Assembly: GCF_006345805.1 (NCBI RefSeq)
Contig: NW_021835543.1
Span: 1 to 40,864 of the forward strand
Length of the DNA: 40,864 bases
Source: Octopus sinensis
Lineage: Eukaryota
Direction: 5' to 3'
Below are positions 10,125 to 20,812 of the stretch, in pieces (the first letter of the stretch is position 1; each line of letters begins with the position of its first letter). Below the pieces are notes generated by a model, which did not search any database, had not been told where the DNA came from, and was given only the letters and a program-made list of their open reading frames with translations. The position numbers were made by a program, and so were the translations under genes.

Positions 10125-11302
10125 TGTTACGGAATCACCCGTCGTCGCCCGTCCCGAACGGCTCACACAAGTTCCGCCACGGAACCCAAAGAGGCGGAGA
10201 GAGGAGATACAGATAGATACTGTCACAACCTCAACAGCACAGAGATACAGAGGCACAACCCGAGATACAACCCAAAGAGGCAAGGCAACAACTGGCAACA
10301 CTGGCTTATATTCAAACAACAGTTTATACGACAATTACATTTGTTACAACATCAAGATACATCAAAGCATGCACGTGACTACTCAATACATAATACAACA
10401 GCATTTCAAGAGTACAACTCAAAGCATAATACAACATCATGTAACAATTCAAGAGTACACGTCCCAAGACAACAGTTCTTTAAAGTCTCTTCCTAAACAT
10501 CACAATCAACAAGTCCTTTACTCTTCTTCTTCACAATGTCCTTTATCGACCACATCGACAGAGTCCTTGACTGTTCTTTTCACTGTTACCTACACCGTGA
10601 CACATATCAATGCACAAACACATACCTCAATTCCTAATTGAATCTGCCAGTGTCCCATTCCTCTCAATACTGCTAATTCCTCTGAATACTGCTAATTCCC
10701 TTCTGTGCCGCCAAGCTTTCCCGCATCCAACTTGCTCCTAAGAATTCCAACGCTTGCTCCTTAAATCCAAGGTCCGTCTGTCTTCTTCGAGGACCGGCCA
10801 GCGACTGCAAGATCCGTCTGTGTTCCTCGACGACCGCTCAACGACTCCCCTTCTTGACGACCAACTGCGAACTGCCCAGAACCTCACTTCCTTGTCCTGG
10901 CTTCCACTCCCTCATCTCCCTCTGTTCTACCACCTATAGTCTTTCTATTTGCTATCTGATTCCTTACTCTATCTATATTGCCTACTGTCCCTTAGCCTCT
11001 CTATCTGTCCCTTAGTCTTATACTCTATCTCTCTCATGACAGCTCTACCAAACTCTCTGCCTGTCCTTCTCTCCTACTGTCAATACCCTCTCCATCTGCT
11101 CTTAGATTCCCTTAATCTGTCCTCCTCTTCACTTCTTCAAGGGGTGCCCAGAGCGACCCCTAATTCACCCGCACAAGGTCACAGGTCATTCCAAAACCCA
11201 TTAGTCCTCCATTAAACAAAAGACTGTCACTTTTCTACTAGACATGCCGGAACCATAATTCCAATGTGGTTCACCGGGAAATGCACCAGCTAAACCGTAA
11301 CA
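10125..11302. mobile_element. Solo LTR (1178 bp), Ty3/Gypsy-type termini
   Basis: TGTTACGG...CCGTAACA inverted termini (TG..CA); 4-bp TSD ATAT at 10121-10124 and 11303-11306; higher GC than the flanks; no coding motifs. Confidence 0.82.
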
Positions 11303-11389
11303 ATATGGATAAATAATAATAATAAGCGTATGAGATTGTAGAGGCAGTTATCAGTACCTCTGAGATAGTCATAGTAAAGAACGTTACTC

Positions 11390-11780
11390 TCGCTTTTCCT
11401 TGTTTCAGTCATTTGACTGCGGCCATGCTGGAGCACCGCCTTTTAGTCGAGCAAATCGACCCCAGGACTTATTCTTTGTAAGCCTAGTACTTATCCTATC
11501 GGTTCCTTTTGCCGAACCGCTAAGTTACGGGAACGTAAACACACCAGCATCGGTTGTCAAGCAATGTTGGGTGGGGGGACAAACACAGACATACAAACAT
11601 ACACGCAAACACACACATATATATACATATATACGACGGACTTCTTTCAGTTTCCGTCTACCAAATCCACTCACAAGGCTTTGGTCGGCCCAAGGCTATA
11701 GTAGAAGACACTTCCCCAATGTGTCACGCAGTGGGACTGAACCCGGAACCACGTGGTTCGTAAGCAAGCTACTTACCACA
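11390..11780 (-). mobile_element. SINE family 1, near full length
   Basis: Tail at 11395-11440, body, head to ~11780. Confidence 0.9.
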
Positions 11781-12236
11781 GTAAATCTGAGGAGGTGCCT
11801 TTTACAAACCTGAATAAGGCATGTGTTTATAACTTCTAATCGATATTCGATGCAGTAAGGCTCACACTTGACGAAGTTTATTTATTTTCTTTTTTCCAGT
11901 GATGATCTCAACTTGGAGAAACGAAAGAAGCCGTCTGAAAGGGATTCAGTCAAATTAGAACTTCTAACATGTAACAACTTTTTGCAAGAGTACCAACCAT
12001 GTACAAAAAAAACCCCTCCAGACCAGCATGAAGCTTGTGGAGATAGCAAATGAAGGTCAAAAATAAATACAAATTAAAAATATTAAGGAAGAACATTTTA
12101 GTCCATCCTCACGGACTAGAATATTTTCAATACATTCTGGATAATGAATCACTTAATAGAAATAGAACTCTGGAAAAAAATCATTGATTAAAGATCGAAC
12201 AGTAAGGGTTTTAATATATATATATATATATATAAA

Positions 12237-12300
12237 ATGGCGGTGCCCCAGCATGGCCACAGCTCATTAGCTGAAACTGGAAAAATCAAAATCAAAATCA
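12237..12300 (+). mobile_element. Extreme 3' end of a CR1/L2-like LINE (about 65 bp) with (AAAATC)n tail
   Basis: AATGGCGGTGCCCCAGCATGGCCACAGCTCATTAGCTGAAACT matches the LINE 3' UTR at 37887-37929. Confidence 0.85.
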
Positions 12301-12302
12301 TA

Positions 12303-12542
12303 TGTAAAAAAAAACAAACTGGGACAAGAGCGCAAAACATTTAGAAGACGATACAAAAAACACGGACGGGACATTCGAAGCGTTCAATCTTCAGTCAAGA
12401 ACCGGATCATCTTCGCACAGCCGAAATTGCGAGGATGATCCGGTTCTTGACTGAAGATTAAAGGCTTCGAATGTCCCGTCTGTGTTTTTTGTATCGTCTT
12501 CTAAATGTTTTGCGCTCTTGTCCCAGTTTGTATTTTTTTACA
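12303..12542. repeat. Near-perfect fold-back palindrome (about 105-bp arms, 10-nt loop)
   Basis: Arms 12314-12417 and 12428-12531 are reverse complements with few mismatches. Confidence 0.93.
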
Positions 12543-12544
12543 CA

Positions 12545-12585
12545 TATATATATATATATAGCGGCGCCCATACCCCTTTGGTCTA

Positions 12586-12620
<35 letters not shown>

Positions 12621-12710
12621 TGTATGTATGTATGTATGTATGTATGTATATGTATATATGTATGTATGTATATATATATATATGTATGTATGTATGTATG
12701 TATATGTATG

Positions 12711-12772
<62 letters not shown>

Positions 12773-12795
12773 ATATATGTTTGTATGTATGTATG
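12545..12795. repeat. (TA)n/(TATG)n compound microsatellite
   Basis: Direct reading. Confidence 0.95.
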
Positions 12796-12811
12796 AAGGA
12801 TATAGACATAT

Positions 12812-13134
12812 GAAGGCGCGTGGCTTAGTGGTTAGGGGTATTCGACTCATGATCGTAAGGTCGTGAGTTCAGTTCCCGGCGGCGCGTGATGTCCCTGAGC
12901 AAAACACTTTATTTCACCTTGCTCCAGTCCACTCAGCTGGCAAATATGAGTAGTACCTGTATCTCAAAGAGCCAGCCTTGTGATACTTTGTGTCACGCTG
13001 AATTTCCTCGAGAACTATGTTAACGGTACACATGTTTTGTGGAGTGCTTAGCCACTTGCACGTTAATTTCACGAGCAAACTGCTCCGTTGATCGTATCAG
13101 CTGGGACCCTCATCGTTGCAACCGACGGAGTGCT

Positions 13135-13136
<2 letters not shown>
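12812..13136 (+). mobile_element. SINE family 2-related copy
   Basis: tRNA-like head GGCGCGTGGCTTAGTGGTTAG...GAGTTCAGTTCCC; 3' half shares TTAATTTCACGAGC...ACCGACGGAGTGCTCC with family 2. Confidence 0.85.
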
Positions 13137-13204
<68 letters not shown>

Positions 13205-13448
13205 ATATATATATAATATATATATATATAATCCCCCCAAAAAGAGCATGTTAAAATTTTTACTTCATAAAATAATGAAAGGTAAAAGCCAGCTGGAGAC
13301 GATGATCTCCTGGGGCTAAAAGCTACAGTAACACCCACCCTTTGTGGTTAGCCATATTGAGATGGCTAGTATACTTTACAATGTAATCGTTTGTTATTTT
13401 GGTAATACGGTTTAAATGTTTAAAAGAATAATGAAACGCAAAAGAATA

Positions 13449-13872
13449 ATAGGCGCAGGAGTGGCTGTGTGGTAAGTAGCTTGCTTACCAACCACATGGT
13501 TCCGGGTTCAGTCCCACTGCGTGGCATCTTGGGCAAGTGTCTTCTGCTATAACCTCGGGCCGACCAATGCCTTGTGAGTGGATTTGGTAGACGGAAACTG
13601 AAAGAAGCCTGTCGTATATATGTATATATATGTATATGTATGTATGTGTATGTGTGTCTGTGTTTGTGTTTGTACCCCTAGCATTGCTTGACAACCAATG
13701 TTGGTGTGTTTACGTCCCCGTCACTTAGCGGTTCGGCAAAAGAGACCGATAGAATAAGTACTGGGCTTACAAAGAATAAGTCCCGGGGTCGATTTGCTCG
13801 ACTAAAGGCGGTGCTCCAGCATGGCCACTGTCAAATGACTGAAACATGTAAAAGAGTAAAGAGAGAGAGAGC
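13449..13872 (+). mobile_element. SINE family 1, full length
   Basis: Head, internal (TA)/(TG) tract, tail ending TGACTGAAACATGTAAAAGAG. Confidence 0.93.
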
Positions 13873-14158
13873 AACATAAATGTATTATTTATGTATGTAT
13901 GTGTATATATACATGTATGTGTGTGTGTGTGTACTCCATCGGTTAGGACCACGAAGGTTGCAGTTGTTTCGATCAATAGAACAGCCTGCTCGTGAAATTA
14001 ACATGCAAGTGGCTGAGTACTCCACAAACAGGTGTACCCTTGACGTAGTTCTGAGGGAGATTCAGCATAACACAGAGCGTGTCAAAGTTGGCCCTTTGAA
14101 GTACAAGAGCTACTCACTTTTGCCAGCTGAGTGGACTGGAACAACGTGAAATAAACTA

Positions 14159-15446
14159 CGAGGGACGTTCAATAAGTAATGCCCCTGACCCACTTGCAGT
14201 TGTTTGATCTAGCTGAAATTTTAGCATGTGCAATTATTTATATCTCTATAGAGTAAGTGACAAATTACAGCTCTGAACTAATTGTGGTTTCTGATTTACA
14301 GGTGTTTGAACTGAGTCAAGTGTGAAATAGAGCCTGTTGAGTGTCGAGCAGTGATCCGGTTTTTGTATTTGAAAGGACGTGCACCACGGGAGACTTTTGA
14401 TGAAATGAAAGTAACTTATGGTGATGATGCCCCATCATATGACCTTGTAAAACGCTGGCATCATGAATTCAAACATGGTCGGAACTCTGTGGAAACAGTT
14501 CCCAGATCTGGTCGCACCCCCTTCTGCCATTGATGAGGCATCTGTCCGTCAAGTTGAGGCTACCATTTTGGAAGATCGACGCATAACTATTCGTCAAATA
14601 GCCCATGAGGTCAAGATTAGTACCGGGTCTGTGGAAACTATCATTCATGACCATTTGCATATGCAAAAGGTATCTGCCAGATGGATTCCCAGGTTGCTCA
14701 CACCTTTCCAGAAGCAAGAACGCGTCAAGTGCTCGAGGATGAATTTGGAGATGTGCCAAGAAGATGAGTCAAAATTTTTCAGAAGACTGATTACACATGA
14801 TGAAACCTGGGTCCATCACTATGATCCAGAGACCAAAGCCCAGTCAATGCAGTGGAAGCACCGTAACTCACCTCCTCCAAAGAAGGCAAGAGTGCAGCCC
14901 TCCGCTGGTAAGGTCATGCTCACAGTCTTCTGGGACCAGGACGGAGTAGTGCTGACAGATTTCCTGGCAAAGGGTACCACAATTACAGGAGCCTATTATG
15001 CTTCACCTTTGAGGAAATTAAGAGTAGCTATCACAATCAAGAGGCGGGACAAGATCTGCTAAGGCATCCTCCTCCTGCAGGACAACGCTCCGGTCCACAA
15101 CTCGCGTGTCGCCAGATCAGAAGCACAGGCGTGCGGCTATGAACTCCTCCCCCATCTCTCCTGACCTTGCACCCTCTGATTTTCACCTCTTCCCAGCCAT
15201 GAAGTTGTTTTTGAAAGGAAAGCGTTTCCCAGATGATGCAGCCTTGATTTCTGAAGTCACGTTGTGGCTGGAGGACCAAGCTGGGGTCTTCTACAAAAAA
15301 TCGTCTCCAGAGCTGCATCAAACGATGGTAGAAATGCGTAACTCTGGGTGGTTCCTATGTAGGAAAAGACTAATAACTGTGCCAAGTTTCGTTGCTCTAC
15401 TGCTATGGGAAGTAGGTCAGGGGCATTACTTATTGAATGCCCCTCG
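14159..15446 (+). mobile_element. Full-length mariner DNA transposon (1288 bp)
   Basis: TIRs CGAGGGACGTTCAATAAGTAATGCCCCTGACC / GGTCAGGGGCATTACTTATTGAATGCCCCTCG; TA TSD at 14157-58 and 15447-48. Confidence 0.97.
14327..15373 (+). pseudogene. Mariner DD34D-type transposase, frameshifted
   Basis: HTH region RAVIRFLYLKG..EFKHGR..PRSGR, WIPRLLT, THDETWVHHYDPE, LLLQDNAPVH, SPDLAPSDFHLF; probable ATG>ATA start at 14327, frameshift near 14520, stop near 15060, deletion before SPDL. Confidence 0.95.
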
Positions 15447-15545
15447 TATCTTGTTCAAGGACACAATACATCGCCACTAATTGAACTAACGACCTTACGA
15501 TCTTAAGCCGAATACACTAGCCACTAAATCACGCGCTTTTGCTCA

Positions 15546-15614
15546 CATCCATCCATCCATCCATCCATCCATCCATTCATCCATCCATGCATGCATGCAT
15601 GCATGCATGCATGC
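15546..15614. repeat. (ATCC)n(ATGC)n microsatellite
   Basis: Direct reading. Confidence 0.95.
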
Positions 15615-15760
15615 GATTACCTTTCTAAGGGAAGGTAATTTCATACAAATCTTTCTCCTGATAAGTACCGAAATCGCAGCACTTGTACCGGACAAATACA
15701 AGTTTGAAGGACATGAGAGTTGGATTGGCTCTGTACAAACCATGTTTGCTATTGCTAATA

Positions 15761-16092
15761 CCATAAATCCTCGAGTATAATCCGCATTTTCCCCCAAAAT
15801 TTAAAGGTCAAAATCCCTAGTGCGTACTATATACGAGGTTAAAAATGAAAATTATTTTCTAAGCAATGTCCGAGTCTCTATTTGCTGTCCGGCAGTGTTT
15901 ATTCAGACGCATTTTGTGATGTCGGGCGCGAAAATACCTTAAGCTAAGCATGAAAGCAATGAAATCATAAAAGAATCATCCATAACTTGCAGTAAGCAAC
16001 ATTTATTAAACGTTATTACTGTTATTTCTTTATTTTCTGCAAACAAAATGCACAAAAAAAGCTACACGTTTGCATTATGTTATATATATATA
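15761..16092 (-). mobile_element. Truncated pogo/Tigger-type MITE (one TIR)
   Basis: TA+CCATAAATCCTCGAGTATA terminus; reverse complement of part of 19726-20115 with an extra ~130-bp internal segment. Confidence 0.8.
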
Positions 16093-16198
16093 TTGTATAT
16101 CCGATGTTTAATAATTGATCATTATTAAATTCTATTTATTGAAGTTGCAGAGAAGGTCATGAAGTGATTTTTGAAGAGGGCAGGTAATTTGCTTACAG

Positions 16199-16286
16199 CT
16201 ACTGGGAGGCATGCAGGGATTTGATCAACTTTGGTTGGGTCAACTGGACGACGGATTCTAATGTCGAAGGACTCGATACCTCATGA
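16199..16286 (+). pseudogene. Candidate decayed terminal coding exon, copy 1 (YWEACRDLINFGWVNWTTDSNVEGLDTS*)
   Basis: Preceded by TTTGCTTACAG acceptor-like sequence; paralogous to 17800-17890 with the same single open frame; AATAAA at ~16417; product unidentified. Confidence 0.35.
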
Positions 16287-16446
16287 TGATGCATTCTAGG
16301 GCATCTGTGAGATGTATCATCGAACTGGCTACTTCATTTTTAAAATGCGAAAAATGTTTGTCTTTTGCAAATCTTCTTCTATACAATTAGGCTTTGTGGT
16401 CAACTTTTGTGGTTCAATAAAAATTTTTTTTTTTTTAAATCTTAAT

Positions 16447-17738
16447 ACTAGCAGTATCGCCCGGCGTTGCTCGGGTTTGTAAGGGAAATAACTATATAAG
16501 CATTTTTAGAGAGTTATAGCCAAAAAATAGAAAAAATGCATTAAAAATGGAAACAAAATTATGGTAAATTTTTTTTAAATCGTTGACTCATCGTAGACAT
16601 TTTTAGAGAGTTACTTCCCTTATATAGTAGCGAAAAATGCATTAAAATGGAAAAAATTATGGTAAATTTTTTTTTAAATCGTAGACTCATCGTAGACGCC
16701 CGCTAATACCCAGAAGGGCTCGATATGAATCACGACTATAAGATACTCGGTTTTGGTTAAACTGCACCGCAAAATGTGGGAGTAGTTAGGAATCTAAATC
16801 GTAGGAGACAGACACACAACTTGACTTCATATATAAAGACTAGCAGTATCGCCCGGCGTTGCTCGGTTTGTAAGGGAAATAACTATATAAGCATTTTTAG
16901 AGAGTTATAGCCAAAAAATAGAAAAAATGCATTAAAAATGGAAACAAAATTATGGTAAATTTTTTTTAAATCGTTGACTCATCGTAGACATTTTTAGAGA
17001 GTTACTTCCCTTATATAGTAGCGAAAAATGCATTAAAATGGAAAAAATTATGGTAAATTTTTTTTTAAATCGTAGACTCATCGTAGACGCCCGCTAATAC
17101 CCAGAAGGGCTCGATATGAATCACGACTATAAGATACTCGGTTTTGGTTAAACTGCACCGCAAAATGTGGGAGTAGTTAGGAATCTAAATCGTAGGAGAC
17201 AGACACACAACTTGACTTTCATATATAAAGACTAGCAGTATCGCCCGGCGTTGCTCGGGTTTGTAAGGGAAATAACTATATAAGCATTTTTAGAGAGTTA
17301 CTTCCCTTATAAATTCGGGCTTTCTTAGCCATTTTTGTTTTGGTGTCTTCAAGCCATGAAGTCGTTGTTCTAAAAGAACGCTGGTTTCCTTCACAACGCA
17401 TTACGACGTTGATTTCTTTACACTCCCTTCCCCACAGCTTCACGAGGGAGGGAAGGGGGAGAAGCAAACAGGTGCAGCTGTGACCGTGGACGCCAACTCC
17501 GCCGCCATCGACATACGATGCATTTTATGCATTAAAATGGAATAAAAAATGATGTTAAATTATTTTTAAAATCGTAGACTCATCGTTGACGCGCGCTAAT
17601 AGTCAGACGGGCTCGATATGAATCACGACTATAAGATACCCGAATTTGGTTAAACTGCACCGCAAAATGTGGGAGGAGTTAGGAATCTAAATCGAAGGGG
17701 ACAGACACTCACACAACTAGAGTTTTATATATATAGAT
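16447..17738 (+). mobile_element. Head-to-tail array of three non-autonomous Helitron/Helentron (HINE-like) units
   Basis: Units start ACTAGCAGTATCGCCCGGCGTTGCTCGGG (5' hairpin) at 16447, 16839 and 17231 (392-bp period); array ends TTTTATATATATAGAT; no TIR or TSD seen. Confidence 0.75.
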
Positions 17739-17799
17739 ATGTGCTATCACGTGAGAAAATATTCGCTCTCGTAATTATCCGTTTATCATTTATTCTTGG

Positions 17800-17890
17800 C
17801 TACTGGGGTGCAAGCAGGGACATGATCAACCCTGGTTGGGCCAATTGGACAACGGGGGCTGATGTTGAAGGACTCGAAACTCCATGGTGA
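17800..17890 (+). pseudogene. Candidate exon, copy 2 (YWGASRDMINPGWANWTTGADVEGLETPW*)
   Basis: Paralog of 16199-16286; five codons differ only synonymously; lacks the AG acceptor (TTGG). Confidence 0.35.
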
Positions 17891-18480
17891 TGCATCATAG
17901 AGTATCTGTGAGATGTATATTCGAACTGGCTAGTTTATTATTAAAATATTAAAAATGTGTTTTTTCCAAAGTCTTCTATACAATTAGGTTTTGTGGTCAA
18001 CTTTTGTGGTTCAAAAAGAGTGACCTGTGGTATCTTTAGTCTTCTCAAACTATTCCCAATCAAAATTATCTTTTTAATCGTAATATATCTACTATCACGT
18101 GAGAAAATATGCGCTCTCGTAATTATCCGTTCATCATTTATTCTTGGTGGTTGGCCAAAAATAAACATTCAATACTTTTGTTGTATCCGATGTTTAGAAT
18201 GTCTTATTAATGATTTATTCAAAACTATTCATAATTTATTGTGATCACCAGATTGTAACAGAAAGTTAGTAATGTTCGTAGATATGTAGCATCCGTATTT
18301 AGAATAGTTGTTATGGGCAACGTAACCTTATGTCTCGGGCGCCCCAGCAAACACACTGGCTGTTGTCATAAGGATGAAATCGATATTTACTTCTTAAGAT
18401 ACTGTATACGAACACCTATGTTTTTAGTGATGTCTCAACAACGCAATAAATTGTGAAATTCATATACACATTGTATACCG

Positions 18481-19210
18481 ATGTATGTTTTATCTTTAAT
18501 TTGTTTCAGTCATTGGACTGCGACCATATCGGGGTTCGGCCTTGAAGGGTTTCATCGAGCACATCGTTACCAACACGTATTCTTCTACCTCTGGTTCATA
18601 TTCTATCGGGTCTCAAAAGAGACTGATGGTGGAGCACAAACAAGAACGGGTACACACACAGGCGACGGGCTTACAGTTTCCCTCAACAAATTCTGTCAGG
18701 AAGCATTGGTCAGCCTGAGACTGGGAGCACTCCGCCGGTTACGACGACGAGGGTTCCGGTTGATCCGAATCAACGGAACAGCCTGCTCGTGAAATTAACG
18801 TGTAAGTGGCTGAGCACTCCATAGACACGTGTACCCTTAACGTAGTTCTCGGGGATATTCAGCGTGACACAGAGAGTGACAAGGCCGGCCCTTTGAAAAT
18901 ACAGGTACAACAGAAACAGGAAGTAAGAGTGAGAGAAAGTTGTGGTGAAAGAGTACAGCAGGGATCACAACCATCCCCTGCCGGAGCCTCGTGGAGCTTT
19001 AGGTGTTTTCGCTCAATAAACACTCACAACATCCGGTCTGGGAATCGAAACAGCAATCCTATGACCGCGAGTCCGCTGCCCTAACCACTGGGCCATTGCG
19101 CCTCCACCCAGCCTGAGACTATTGTGGCTGACACTCTGCTACAGTCCTGCACAGTAGGACTGAATCCTAAACCCCGTGTTCGTAAATCTAGCTTCTTAAC
19201 CACACAGCCA
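18481..19210 (-). mobile_element. Old SINE family 1 copy interrupted by a younger family 2 SINE
   Basis: Diverged tail at 18495-18550 and head at 19121-19210 flank the insertion. Confidence 0.75.
18723..19107 (-). mobile_element. SINE family 2, full length with TSD
   Basis: 12-bp TSD CAGCCTGAGACT at 18711-18722 and 19109-19120. Confidence 0.92.
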
Positions 19211-19725
19211 TTAATGCTTTTTGAAACACGCTGCGAGTAGACAGATTGGTTTTCGTCGTAATTTCCGTTCCGTGTTGTACTTCACACTGCGTTGTCCTTG
19301 AACGGTTTTAGTAGCATAACAGATTTTCTGAGAGAAGTTGCTAGTCCTTAGTTCAATCCTGCTTCGTTTCTGGAGAAAAGGAGGCTGTGAGTCGTGCATC
19401 ACAACCCTTTTACAGTGCAACGTAGCCGATTAAGAGAGAAAGAGAAGAATCAACATCATTACTTGACTGCTACTATATTTATCGACCCTTGTAGTGATAA
19501 AAGTGTACGGCGATTGCTGCGGGATTAGAAAGAGAACTCTTGAGAACCGGAACAAATACCGCTACCCGTTCTATCCGACTCCCTAACGACTCTACCAGTT
19601 CGCCATCTTGCTATATTGTTTAGCTGTATTTAACAATATGGTGTTGAATCTCTTGCCGCATCGATGAATTAGGTTTCAGCAAGAAATTGGTGTCTTGGTT
19701 TACTGAACAACCTGCTTGATGAGTA

Positions 19726-20115
19726 CCGTAAATCCTCGAGTATAGTCCGCCCTTGAGTATAATACGCAACGGATTTTTAAGGGGCTGTACTTCTGAAAAA
19801 CCTAAATCTTGTGTATAATACGCACCCCTTCTCTAACTTGAGTCAAGGCGGTCAGTATAACGTCCTTGGTTTGTAAAAATGTATACGGTAACGTCCTTCA
19901 TTATTATTATTGTATATATAACATAATGCAAACGTGTAGCTTTTTTTGTGCATTTTGTTTGCAGAAAATAAAGAAATATTTGCCGGACAGCAAATAGAGA
20001 CTCGGACATTGCTTAGAAAATAATTTTCATTTTTAACCTCGTATATAGTACGCACTAGGGATTTTGACCTTTAAATTTTGGGAAGAAAATGCGGATTATA
20101 CTCGAGGATTTACGG
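19726..20115 (+). mobile_element. pogo/Tigger-type (Tc1/mariner superfamily) MITE, 390 bp
   Basis: TIR CCGTAAATCCTCGAGTATA / TATACTCGAGGATTTACGG with TA TSD at 19724-25 and 20116-17. Confidence 0.9.
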
Positions 20116-20398
20116 TATATCGGATTTAGTGAAGCTGGTGATCATACTGTGGATAGGGGTCTAGGGCAAAAGTGTATTAGCCAGTGCTGAGTACACATCT
20201 TTGCTTGTGCAAACAGAGAAGAGAAATATCAACAAAAGGATCTCAAAAAATTCAATCCAACAGAGACCATCGCCATTCATTTACATATAATTTACTTCAC
20301 AAATGTCATCGAGAAAGCCATGAATGTCAGACGATCTCATTTCATTTATTATAAATATTTGAGCTAAGATTCGAGATAGAAACCAATTTAGTGTCTCC

Positions 20399-20812
20399 AA
20401 GGCGGCGAACTGGCAGAAAAGTTAGCACACCGGATGAAATGCTTAGAGATATTTCGTCTGCCGCTACGTTCTAAGTTCAAATTCCGCCGAGGTCTACTTT
20501 GCCTTTCATCCTTTCGGGGTCGATAAATTAAGTACCAGTTACTGGGGTCGATATAATCGACTTAATCCGTTTGTCTGTCCTTGTTTGTCCTCTCTGTGTT
20601 TAGCCCCTTGTGGGTAGTAAAGAAACAGGTATTTCGTCTGCCGCTACGTTCTAAGTTCAAATTCCGCCGAGGTCTACTTTGCCTTTTCTCCTTTCGGGGG
20701 TCGATTAAATATGTACCAATTACGCACTGGGGTCGATATAATCGACTTAATCAGTTTGTCTGTCCTTGTTTGTCCCCTCTGTGTGTAGCTCCTTGTGGGT
20801 AGTAAAGAAATA
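20399..20812 (+). mobile_element. SINE family 3 (Deu/Nin-domain-like core) with internal tandem duplication
   Basis: Core CCTTTCATCCTTTCGGGGTCGATAAATTAAGTACC; body duplicated (~20450-20625, ~20626-20812); 21-bp TSD AGAAACCAATTTAGTGTCTCC at 20378-20398 and 20813-20833. Confidence 0.9.

Larger units (their letters stand above)
13933..15537 (-). mobile_element. SINE family 2-related copy split by the mariner insertion
   Basis: 3' part at 13933-14156 and 5' part at 15449-15537 rejoin as GTGAAATAAAC-TA-TCTTGTTCAAGGACAC. Confidence 0.8.

Noticed and set aside
10110-11215. Several 61-90 aa ORFs as host genes
   Set aside because: They lie inside the solo LTR and reflect compositional strand bias (S/L/P-rich)
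19211-19420. 69-aa minus-strand ORF in unique sequence
   Set aside because: No motif, alternative start only, and no clear splice signals
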